DNA of 64,000 nucleotides from Phoronis australis. Lineage: Eukaryota > Animalia > Phoronida. The notes beneath the pieces are model-generated. The model had not been told where the DNA came from and ran no database searches. It saw nothing but the letters and a program-made list of their open reading frames with translations. The stretch spans positions 416,860-480,859 of the forward strand of contig NMRA01000142.1 in the NCBI GenBank assembly GCA_002633005.1, in the 5' to 3' direction. Numbering within the stretch: the first letter of the stretch is position 1; each line of letters starts with the position of its first letter. Positions 50,732 to 62,019 of the stretch are shown one piece after another. A program made the translations under genes and the position numbers.

Positions 50732-53700
50732 CTGTAGAGAGAAAGAGGACTTATTGGTTGTAGGTGCAACGACACGTCTGACTTTGATTGGATACTTGAT
50801 TATGTTTTTTATTACACAGTGAAGTAAAATTGCCAGTTGGCATGGTGAAATGTGATGAAATGGTCAATGTGCAGAAATCAGCATTATGCAATACAAAACA
50901 TCAAAGAAAACGATAAGATCTTTCAGAAAAAAAAATATTGGCAGATCTAAACACACTGATTGGCGTGTGAATCTCAGTGACGTGATTATACTTTTTTACT
51001 TACTGACGCAAAAGGCATCCCACCAAATAAAACCAGCTGATTTATTGGCGAACGCGCAGCCGAGAACAACGGTCATCTGGGCGTAACCGGAACTCTTGCA
51101 CCAAATGTGAGACACTATCTGAGTTTCCGTCTCCGTAGAGTTCATGGTCATGTTGACTTCTTTTTCCGGATTTTGCATGTAGTCGATGGTTTTGGTGCAG
51201 GGCATCTGGGTAGGTGCCGGTGTTGTAGTCGAAACTGTTAGGGAAAGAACAAAAGGATCGAACCGACTATTTTTTGTGGAAAACTGGTGAAAACAGAGAA
51301 AATGATATATTTAAAATAAAGTCGCAGTTACGCTGCCACCGGTGCATCTACGGATGTTTCGCCATCGTGGAACTCTAATTTGATGTTGAAGAACGGAAAA
51401 AGGGTTTCGCTACCTTGAATATGCAAGTCGTTTCGAATGACACATGCATGTTCAACACAATGAAGAGAGGAATTCTTATCAGGGGATAACGGATTTCCAA
51501 CGCCATTGTCTTTGCGTTGACAGAATTAGTTTTATACTAAAACAAACGGTATAGTGGGTTTTGGCCGAGATGAAAATGAGATCTAGGTTGCATTCCATAA
51601 GACGAAAAAACTCTTGAAAACGCAAGATCACGCAAGTCCTCGCGAGTATCCCCAAGTATTAAAAGTGAAGGATGTGATTACCTTTTTGACTATCTCGGGG
51701 TCCACGGAACGCTTCCTAGAGTTAAGCCTTGCGGCAATTACACTGTTGAAAATCCTGTTTCATTAAAATGTCCCAACTTCACATTCTTTTTCGAATATAA
51801 AAGAAGACTTAAAGTCAGTCGTAAGTTTTGACGCAAGACTCCGTTTAGATTGTGTATAAAAAACGACATTCTAGTGAAACGGGTCCCAAAAGTCGTAAGC
51901 AAAGCAACTTACCAATACACGTGGGCCCGAAGCCGGACCATCTGCCGTCTTTCTGACACGTGATCACATCCTGGCCACTCTGAATGAAGCCCGATAGACA
52001 GGCGAAGGTAACTGTAGATTGGTATGTTGTCAAACTTGTTCCGCCGACAGTGATTGAGTGGGGAACAACTGGAACCTCTCCGCAATCAATGACTGCAACG
52101 ACAATTCCCTCAGTATGAGGCCTAACAGTGTAATTCTACTACGTCTATCTTTGAGTGTGTTCTTATAAAAAGACAATAATATAACGTTTCATTCTCGCAA
52201 CACCGCTTCCAACTATTGACGTCACTTGAAATGAAAATCTGTCCATGCGCGCCCTTCATTTGGCAAAGTGGACAAAAAGGTCCCCCTCAGAGAAACAAAT
52301 ACTCCGAAAAAGGCATAAAGCGAAAAAAAAACGTCCTCTAAAAAGGCAGGAACTACCAAAAGTCGGCAAATGCACGATTCATAGCTCTGAAGGTACCCTA
52401 TGAATCTTAGTAAAAGGTTCACAGTCTCAAATATTCGAGCTCCACCCATTTTTAGGCTGGGTGCGCCCATGCTCTTTAACTTTCAATTATTATACTATAT
52501 TACGCTAGCATAATCGTGTTGAAGAAGGCTTCTTTCGGCCATTTCTTGCTAACAAAACGCCCGTCAATCATTAAACTTGGCCATTTATAAAAGTACAAAA
52601 ACATGTTAGCAAACTCACTTGTACAAGTTGGCAACTGCGACCACCAGCCGTCAGCGTTGCATGTGACGCTTGTGAAGTCAGACGTAAAGTTATGACCAGT
52701 GATGCAGGTATAGTTCACCACAGCGCCAAATGTTGTCAGCAACCTGCCATCCCCGGATTTCACGGCATTCGTCACTGTAGGAATTGTTCCGCAGTTTTTT
52801 ACTGTAAACGTCATAGATATGTTGTGTTATTGCAAAACAATTTTCGGACATAGAACAAAACAACGATGGCATTAAAGACTGTTTTTAAAATCTCAGTAAT
52901 ACTGAACCATTAGAGTTTAAGGCATTTCAGTTTTATTTATAAATGCTGCTCAACAGTCAAATTATTATAATTTCTCATTGACGAAAGATGGAAACAGAGT
53001 AAGGCAAAAGCGTGTGAATTACACGCTCTATAGTTGCATACGTCTAAGGCTCAAAATTGAATTCAAAAACTTAAAAACGATGGATTTTTCACAGGTAAGT
53101 CGTCATATTTGACATGCGTCAATGGCGGATTTAGGGGGGGGGTGCAAGGAGGCCATTGTCCCCCCTAAAATTCTCCCAGATTCCCGATGTCTGACGGGCA
53201 AAATCCAGGCTAATACTTTGCCCTGGCCCCTTAACTCAAAATCCTGGATCCGCCTCACCGTTTGACAAGGCAAACTTACTTTCACAGTGTGGAGATTGCG
53301 ACCACGCGCCCGTCGAATTACACGTTACATTTGATATATCCGAGCTGAACACGTAGCCTTCAATACACTCATACTGAACTACACTGTTGAACAACGTGTC
53401 CTCATTCTCAGATATTTTATTGGCGTGATCGATATGTGGAGCTGATTTGCAATCTAGTTCTGAAACAAAAGCATCGATTTACATACAAAAGCTATCATGG
53501 GTGAAAGGCGATACGTCTACATCAAAACGTTTCGTAGGGCCCTATCTCAAAAAATGGCTGATGGGCGTGAATTGAAACNAGTTTTAGGTTGGGTGCGCCC
53601 ATGCTCTTTAACTTTCAATTATTATACTATATTACGCTAGCATAATCGTGTTGAAGAAGGCTTCTTTCGGCCATTTCTTGCTAACAAAACGCCGTCTATC

Positions 53701-56700
53701 ATTAAACTTGGACATTAATAAAAGTACAAAAACATGTTGGCAAACTCACTTGTACAAGTTGGCAACTGCGACCACTGGCCGTCAGCGTTGCATGTGACGC
53801 TTGTGAAGTCAGACGTAAAGTTATGACCAGTGATGCAGGTATAGTTCACCACAGCGCCAAATGTTGTCAGCAACCTGCCATGACCGGAAATCACGGCATT
53901 CATCACTGTAGGAATTGTTCCGCAGTTTTTGACTGTAAACGTCGTAGATATGTTGTGTTATTGCAAAACAATTTTCGGACATAGAACAAAGCAACAACGA
54001 TGGCATTAAAGACTGTTTTTAAAATCTCAGTAATACTGAACCATTAGAGTTTAAGGCATTTCAGTTTTATTTATAAATGCTGCTCAACAGTCAAATTATT
54101 ATGATTTCTCATTGACGAAAGATGGAAACAGAGTAAGGCAAAAGCGTGTGAATTACACGCTCTATAGTTGCATACGTCTAAGGCTCAAAATTGAATTCAA
54201 AAACTTAAAAACGATGGATTTTTCACAGGTAAGTCGTCATATTTGACATGCGTCAATGGCGGATTTAGGGGGGGGGTGCAAGGAGGCCATTGTCCCCCCT
54301 AAAATTCTCCCAGATTCCCGATGTCTGACGGGCAAAATCCAGGCTAATACTTTGCCCTGGCCCCTTAACTCAAAATCCTGGATCCGCCTCACCGTTTGAC
54401 AAGGCAAACTTACTTTCACAGTGTGGAGATTGCGACCACGCGCCCGTCGAATTACACGTTACATTTGATATATCCGAGCTGAACACGTAGCCTTCAATAC
54501 ACTCATACTGAACTACACTGTTGAACAACGTGTCCTCATTCTCAGATATTTTATTGGCGTGATCGATATGTGGAGCTGATTTGCAATCTAGTTCTGAAAC
54601 AAAAGCATCGATTTACATACAAAAGCTATCATGGGTGAAAGGCGATACGTCTACATTAAAACGTTTCGTAGGGCCCTATCTCAAAAAATGGCTGATGGGC
54701 GTGAATTGAAACTTTCAGTGGTATGCTTCTTGCAGTGTTATTCAAGACAGTGTTAGGTATTGTTTTTGATATAAACCATTTTTTGAAAGATGTCAAGACT
54801 TCCGTGATTTTCATAAACAAATTTAACAGTTACATAAAATGAAAAAAATGATAAAATTGAAACTGTGACACGGTTTTTTATATTTCACCTTGAGCATCTG
54901 TTGAAATGAAATTAGTTCATGGTATTTATGCCAGTGTTTTGCGAAGAACGTAACTTATTATTTTTTGCCAAATGATACTGAAAAGACATGGTTAGTGACC
55001 AAATCATTGTCTGAATAAGTAAGAATCAAAATCTACAGTCTTTCTACTTTCAGCAACTACAACATACTTTTATTGATTTATATTTTATAGTTTTGCAGAT
55101 ATTTGAGCTCACAGATTTTTCGATAAGGTCCTACCTGACCTTAAATATCGTCTGCTATTTATTACCCGTACATTCCAGTGCTTATCACGCGATCAAGGAT
55201 TACGTTCAGTCCCACCGTCCAGTCCCACGGTATACGAATAACTGAGACGCGGTCCGCACAACATTAGAGCAACATTCATAAAAAAGTGATATGAGTATGT
55301 CTGACGCCACTGCACAGAAAATTTTTGCACTTTACGACAAAAGTGTAGGACTTGCTATTGGCAGTAACGTGGTTACTTGATGATACAAATGCATCGGAAA
55401 TGCAAGAGAAATTGAGTGTTTCGGAGTGCATGAATTTGTTATAATCTTCACTCTGAACAGTAAAAACCCAAAAGCGTTGATTGAGTCTGTTAGTTTCAGT
55501 TTTAAGTTTAATCTCATTGGAACTAAGTTCGGTAACAAAATCGGTAACCTCACGTACTCTGACAAGCCGGAGGAGTCGACCAGTTTCCACTTGCCAAGCA
55601 AGTGACGTTGTTGTGTGACGTAGCCATCTGGTAACCGGGTTCGCATGTGTAGTAGACAACGGAGCCGTAGACGGTTGGGGGAACGGACGTCAGACCAGAA
55701 GTGGTGGCTGCGGTGCTGGTGAAGGTGAAGGTGCTAGTAGAGGTGGTGGTAGTGGTGGTGTTGATGCTGCTACTGCTGGTGGCATTGATCATAGAGCCAC
55801 TCCCCAGTGTTGATGTGGTGGACTCAGTGACTGTCGTTGATGACGATGTAGTAGACGTACCCTCAAGTGTTCCGGAAGAAGAAACTGGGTCTCTTGCATT
55901 GACATCCACGTCTCCAGCTGTCTCGCCAGAAACTTTATGCTCAGTCTTCGCGTTAGGCACAAATGGCACATCATTTCCGCAGTTAACGACTGAAATAGTA
56001 GCGATTAGCCTCGCAGTACATTTCAGATATGTCATGAGTCATTAACGTGGAAACAACGTTCAAAGGTGGAACAAAAATGACAGCCTTAAATCACCTTTCC
56101 AGATTACATCGCTCCCACTTTTTTTTCACTGCATTTCCGAATAATAGGGAAAACATTTACAAATATTTTTGACTATAAAATAAACGTTCGTCACGTGCTT
56201 GGAAATTGCACTACTTCGTTCACTCTCCATGTCAGCACGTAAGTAGGTTCGACAATACATGCAACAATTTATGCCGTGAACCCCACCACATATGGCGCCC
56301 ACTAAAGTAACTGGTTGGTGAAGATGGAACGGGTGAAAAAACATGGTTTCCAAAAACTTCTAAATGTTTCTAGTATCTCGTGAGTGTTGTTCACGGAACG
56401 CATCCCAGCTTCCAGTAAAAGCAGAATGTTCATTTTTACAAGAAGAGACTGAAAGGTCTGGAGATGCTTTAAAATTGATCAAGCATAAAGAAAACTCTGA
56501 GAACACTTTACTCACTTGTACAATTTGGCAGAGGATCCCAAGCACCGTCCGGTCTGCACCGAACTGTGTCCTTCCCAGTCATTCTGTAGCCACTTTGACA
56601 AAGGAAGACGACCACGGCGCCAATGACACTCACGGTGTTATTTAAGTTCTCGCGCTCTGCATGTTCCACTTTAGGTGGTTCTCCACAGGTTGTCGGGGCC

Positions 56701-59700
56701 GGTACTAGAACGCGAATTGAACAACTTTAGATTTAACTTAAGTTATTATTGATTATATAGATAATGGTCCCGGTTTTTGTACTTGGCCGGGGAAAAACAC
56801 ACGAAAACATAGCAATGAAAACGCTCAGAGTGGAACACGACTTAATGATAGGGAGCAGTTGACGACGTTAACGTTTTTCCTGAAATCAATGATGATTGCG
56901 ACGCCGCAACCATAATTGACGGCAACGCCGAAAAGGATCGTGTACGTGACGCCACTGACGATAACGACGACGACGACGATGTGAAAGATGAAGTCGACGA
57001 GAGGCACGCGTCTTGTACGATACACACCAGTCTGTCTCTCACCATGAACAACGCGAGCATTCTCACTAACAGCGTTCTGTCGTCATGAATTAATTTTTAA
57101 CATATTGTGTTTTCTTTCTCATACACCAGAAAATAATCTCATGAACAAGAGTTATAAGACACATGACCAGGCTAAATCCCGTTGTGGGGTGGAGTAAAAA
57201 TTAATTAGAAACACACAACTCGCTCACCACGGGTGAAACAGGAAACACATATACATGTATTCAAGACAAAAAAATTGTTTGTGAGAACGCCCGAGGAAGT
57301 AAAACTGGACACCCGGACACAGGTCTCTCATAATTCTTCTTGATTATTGGGTCAATAGTCTTGACTCTAGCTCAAATTCGAAAATTAACTTATCATGATA
57401 AGTATTTTGAGTATATATTCGTAAATTTACTCGATGCGTGCTATGTCAGTTTTCGAGTCGAGTTTCGAATGCAGAGATAAGACCTATTCAGAACACGCCC
57501 GTTATTTGCGTGGCCTCAAATTTGTCCTCGGAAAACGTTATATGCACCTGCGCAGACTACTGACTGTAGTTCGCACATGCGCAGACAACATTGCACAAAG
57601 AGTATGAAGTGCGTCACCATTTCAAATGCACGTAATCTCTTATAATACGGTGGTTTGGTATACAATTTTATTGTCAGACGGGTTAAACTTCATGGAATTT
57701 CAAGCCTGTGTATTTATTCAAGTATCTACAAACCTACACTGAGATTTCAACACATGGCAGTAAAGTATACATTTTCTAAAGGTACAAAGAACATAGAATT
57801 TGGTTTTGGACTTTATTCCAATCTGCCGTGAATCAGGTAACGAGACCAAGTGTTTTAGTAATATTTAGCAAAAAAGAAAAGTACATTTACAGCAAAGCAA
57901 CGGTATTAATAACCAAATTTCATTTGATATAAGTGTTCAAGATGAATTCTTAAGAACTCTGTTACAGTTTTTTGGATTATAACTGCGTTTTCGTTTTATG
58001 CAATGTAAAGAGGCCTGGAACGCGATAAACAGACCAAATTGCAATATTGAAAGTGGTTCTCTGCCACTGAAACAAAATTCAACCTACTCACCGAGTATTT
58101 TTAGGATTTGTTCGTAAAGATTTTCATTTTTTGTTGATATCGAAGCATTTTCTATGACTAGGTATCAAGAATAATACCTGGAATCCAATTGGTCATCTCT
58201 GATATATGATGTTCTGAAATTCGTCTAATTTTGTCAGTTGTTTAGGGTCCTACATGACCTTAAGACTGGCTTAAGAAACTGCATGAAAACGAGGCTAAGA
58301 CCTTTAGTTAGCAAAATTTCAGTCTAAGTTAAGGCAAAAAAGTTTCATAAAGCAAGACCCCCAAAGCCGTACAATAAAATCTGTTAAGTTTGCGATTACA
58401 TTACAAAATGTCAATTTTCGCCGTTGTTGACACTCATTCGCTGAAATAGAGACATGTGACTTAAACAACTTTGCAGTTTATAGTGTGGGATATAGCATAG
58501 CGCCACCTGCAAAGCATTTGACAGCGACTCGTCGGTGCTGAGGCTGTGAGTTCAATTCCACGCTGTATTGGGGCTGAACTCATAAGACCACTTTTCTCAC
58601 CGATAATGTAACCTTTATTAAAATTTGGCACCATTCTAGCAATACTTACTGAAACAGTTTGGAGGACCAGTCCACGATCCGCTAGAAAGGCAATATATTG
58701 TGTCATTTCCAGCCAGTTTGTAACCTGAATGGCATTGGTATGTGACCCGGGAGTTGTAATGTGTCTTGTTCCCAGTGTGGTTGGCGTTAGAGACGTTTGG
58801 AATATTGCCGCAATCTTTGACTGAAACAAAAAATTCAAGTTGTGAGGTGAATGCTATTACGTAGAGAAATGTTGTTTTAGATTGTCCCATTGTTCATTTC
58901 AACTTGTAGAATCAAATGTTTTGCTCTGTCGAGAATGCAAGGAACTTGTATTATCGTTTGGCAATATCCATTTTACTTAAGTCATCTTCAACATTGGCAT
59001 GCGAACAAATTTAGGATTTGTAGTGAAACCTGTTAAGACGGTTTTTATGGAGTAAAGTTCATTGAATCATACACCAGAAAATAATCTCATGAACAACAGT
59101 TATGAAACAAAGTAGTTTGACACATTACCAGTGCAAGGCCCGTCGTAGGGTGGAGTTAAAAACTGATCAGAAACACACGACTTGTTCACAACGCGTGAAA
59201 AAGGAAATACATATATCCAAGACAAAAGAATTCTGTTTGTGAGAACCCCTTTTGGTTACGAGACAGCAAAACTGGACACCCGGACCCTGGTCTCGTACTT
59301 CTGCTTGAATATTGGGCTCATAGTCTTAACTTAGGCTCAGATAATCACGATACGTATTTCGAGTATATATTTGTAAATTAACTCGATGCGTGCTATGCCA
59401 GTTTTCGAGTCGAGTGTCGAGTACAAATATAAGACCTATTGAGAACACCTCCGGTATTGGTGTGGCCTCAAATTTGTACTCGGAAAACGTTATATGCACG
59501 TGCGCAGACTATTGGCTGTAGTTTGCACATGCGCAGACAACAACATTGAACAAAGACTATGAACTGCGTTACCATTTCAAATGCATACAATCTCAGTGGT
59601 TTGGTCTCAAGTTTTACTGTTAGATGGGTTAAACTTCCTGGGAGTATTTACTTTTGATCAGGGGTCCGTTTCATGAAAACTGACTTTCCTTAATATTATG

Positions 59701-61871
59701 GTAAGCCTGTGTATTTATTCAAATATCTACAAAACTATAGATTTAAACACGTGACTGTAAAAGTATATATTTTCTGAAGGTACGCCAAATTTGATTTTGG
59801 ACTTTATTCCAATCTGCCGGGAATCAGGTAGCGTGACCATGTGTTTTAGTAATATTTAGCAAAAAAGAAAAGTACATTTACAGCAAAACAACGGTATCAA
59901 TAACCAAATTTCATTTGATATAAATGTTCAATATGAAATCTTAAAAACTCTGCTACTGTTTTCTGAATTATAACTGCGCTTTCGTTTTATTCAATGTAAA
60001 GAGGCTTGGAAAGCGATAAACAGACCAAATTGCAATATTGAAAGTGGTTCTGTGCCCCTACTACAAACTTTAACCTGCTCAACGGGTATTTTTAGGATTT
60101 GTTCGTAAAGATTTTCATTTTTTGTTGATAGTCAAAACACTTTCTCCGAATATTACATCAAGTATAATACCTGGAATCCAATTGGTCATCTCTGATGTAT
60201 GATGTTCTGAAGTTCGTCTAATTTTATCAGTTGTTTAGGGTCTTACGTTACCTTAAGACTGGAAATTTCATGAAAACGAGGCTAAGACCTTTTGTTAGCA
60301 CGATTCCAGTCTAAGTTAAGGCAAAAAAGTTTCATAAAGCAAGAGCCCCAAAGCTGTACAACAAAATCTGTAAAGTTTGCTATTTTATTACAAAAAGGCA
60401 ATTCTCGCCGTTGTTGACACTTATTCGCTGAAATAGAGACATGTAACTTAAACACTTTGCAATTTATAGTGTGGGGTTTAGCGCCGCCTGCAAAACATTG
60501 GACAGCGACTCGTCGGTGCTGAAGCTGTGAGTCCGATTCCACGTTGTATTGGGGCTGAACTCAATAAAACCACTTTTCTCGCAGATAATGTAATCTTTAT
60601 TAAAATTTGAAAATATTCTAGCCATACTTACTTAAACAGCGTGGAGGAACAGACCACGATCCGTTGGAAAGGCAGTATGTTGTGTTAGCTCCAGCTAGTG
60701 TGTAGCCTGGATGGCATTGGTATGTGACGTTGGACTTGTAATGTGTCTTGTTCCCAGTGTGGTTGGCGTTAGAGACGTTTGGAATATTGCCGCAATCTTT
60801 GACTGAAACAAAATTTCCATTTGTGCGGTGAATGCTTTTACGTAATGAAATGTTTAAGATAGTCCCATTGTTAATTTCAACCTGTAGAATCATAGGTGTT
60901 TTTCTCTGTCCATAACTTGCAAGGAATTTGTTATATAATTGTCGTTTGGCACTATTCATTTTACTTAAAGTCATCTTCAACATTGGCATGCAGACAAATT
61001 TAGGATTTGTAGTGAGCCTGTTAAGACGATTTTTGTGGAGTAAAGTTCATTGATTGTTTCTTTTTGTGCAGATGGATATATTTAAGTTTAGAGCTGGCGA
61101 TTTTTACGATGATTAGCTTATTCTTCATTTGTTGTTAAATTTGCAGTTATTTGTTTTCAACATAACCATGAAATCATTCATACTTGTGCAATTCGGTGCT
61201 GCTGTCCAGTTCCCGTCTGCACGACAGGTGGCGTTGGAGTTACCAGTCATGAAGAATCCTAAGTTACAGTAGTATGAAACGACAGATCCATAGGACACAT
61301 TGTTGTAGGTTGCACTGCCATTTTTTAGCTTTCCTGGATAGCTACAGTTAACAACTGAAAGTGTAAAATATTCGTATTAGCTGCCGCTTTTACTACTAGG
61401 ATTAAAGTTGTTTGTAGGTCTTCAGTACGTAGGATCGACTCATGAGAAACTTCACGTCTTTCCCGCTGAGTGAATGGCGCATGTTGCATACAACGTGCCA
61501 AACAAAGTGAGCCGACATACTTTGTAGATTTCCAATGACGACTTCCTTTACGAAAAATATATTTGCGTCACCAAGTTCACTAAGTAGTAAGTTTTCGGAC
61601 ACCCGAAATGTGACGTGTGCGGTATTATCATTTTCGCCAACATATAACCGAGAATATGCAAGTGGTAGGCAAAATCTCCGTGTTTTTTGCGCTTACTTAC
61701 TTTCACATGTAGGAGTTTTGTCGGACCAGCCATTTTCCGAGCACGTGATGTTGCTGCCGCCAATCATTCGATAACCAAGGTGACATTTGTAGCTGACGGT
61801 GTCGTTGTAGAACGTTCCCGATGAAGTATTTGACGAGTGTGGAACATAGGGAAAAGGCCCGCAGTTTATTA
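50049..61871 (-). CDS. Multi-Sushi/CCP type-I membrane protein (9 distinct Sushi modules, Cys module, TM, cytoplasmic tail); 5' end unresolved
   Basis: Phase-1 exons 61701-61871, 61184-61354, 60632-60802, 58650-58820, 56516-56704, 55558-55989, 54414-54593, 53750-53932, [53280-53459 and 52619-52801 are N-junction duplicates], 51913-52092, 51004-51234, 50049-50731. Each Sushi shows C..P...N/H...Y/F.C..GY/F.....C...G.W....C. TM AAVVIGTVELAIALAVIGFIVFM. Confidence 0.88.
51004..51234 (-). CDS. Sushi gene exon: membrane-proximal 4-Cys module
   Basis: taacag/gtaagt, phase 1-1; STTTPAPTQMPCTK...WWDAFCV. Confidence 0.8.
51913..52092 (-). CDS. Sushi exon
   Basis: IDCGEVPVVPHS...FACLSGF...CQKDGRWSGFGPTCI. 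Confidence 0.92.
52619..52801 (-). CDS. Sushi exon (duplicate pair A)
   Basis: KNCGTIPTVTNA...YTCITGH...CNADGWWSQLPTCT. Confidence 0.85.
53280..53459 (-). CDS. Sushi exon (duplicate pair B)
   Basis: LDCKSAPHIDHA...YECIEGY...CNSTGAWSQSPHCE; not in ORF track. Confidence 0.8.
53750..53932 (-). CDS. Sushi exon (duplicate pair A')
   Basis: KNCGTIPTVMNAVISGHGR...CNADGQWSQLPTCT. Confidence 0.8.
54414..54593 (-). CDS. Sushi exon (duplicate pair B')
   Basis: Identical to 53280-53459. Confidence 0.85.
55558..55989 (-). CDS. Sushi exon with internal Ser/Thr-rich insertion
   Basis: VNCGNDVPFVPNA-[S/T-rich]-TVYGSVVYYTCEPGY...CLASGNWSTPPACQ; tttcag/gtacgt. Confidence 0.88.
56516..56704 (-). CDS. Sushi exon
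   Basis: TCGEPPKVEHA...FLCQSGYRMTG...CRPDGAWDPLPNCT; not in ORF track. Confidence 0.9.
58650..58820 (-). CDS. Sushi exon (tandem unit 1)
   Basis: KDCGNIPNVSNA...YQCHSGY...CLSSGSWTGPPNCF. Confidence 0.92.
60632..60802 (-). CDS. Sushi exon (tandem unit 2)
   Basis: KDCGNIPNVSNA...YQCHPGY...CLSNGSWSVPPRCL. Confidence 0.92.
61184..61354 (-). CDS. Sushi exon
   Basis: VNCSYPGKLKNG...YYCNLGF...CRADGNWTAAPNCT; not in ORF track. Confidence 0.92.
61701..61871 (-). CDS. Sushi exon
   Basis: INCGPFPYVPHS...YKCHLGYRMIG...CSENGWSDKTPTCE. Confidence 0.92.
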
Positions 61872-62019
61872 CTACAAAAGATAGGCACATACATCGACGT
61901 TTTTGTGGAAATTCTTTTTAGGGTATTTTGCGGTGAGTGAGAGAGAACGACGTTAAAAAATGCCCCGGTCAGAGTCGCCGCTATCTCAAACTTGATTTAT
62001 GTTCCAAGTGTTCACGTAC

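Larger units (their letters stand above)
52450..54712. repeat. ~1.13-kb tandem duplication with N at junction (two Sushi exons)
   Basis: 52450-53578 matches 53582-54712; N at 53579. Confidence 0.9.
57120..61053. repeat. Genuine ~1.97-kb intragenic tandem duplication (intron + Sushi exon)
   Basis: Units start catacaccagaaaataatctcatgaacaa (57120, 59088) and end gtaaagttcattga (59085, 61053); no N; clearly more diverged than the N-junction pairs. Confidence 0.9.

Noticed and set aside
55701-56045. Val-rich hydrophobic 114-aa ORF on +
   Set aside because: Antisense reading of Thr codons in the Sushi insert
50049-61871. Naming the Sushi gene SVEP1, CSMD or CR1
   Set aside because: No VWA, pentraxin, EGF or CUB exons are seen; orthology cannot be assigned from Sushi repeats alone
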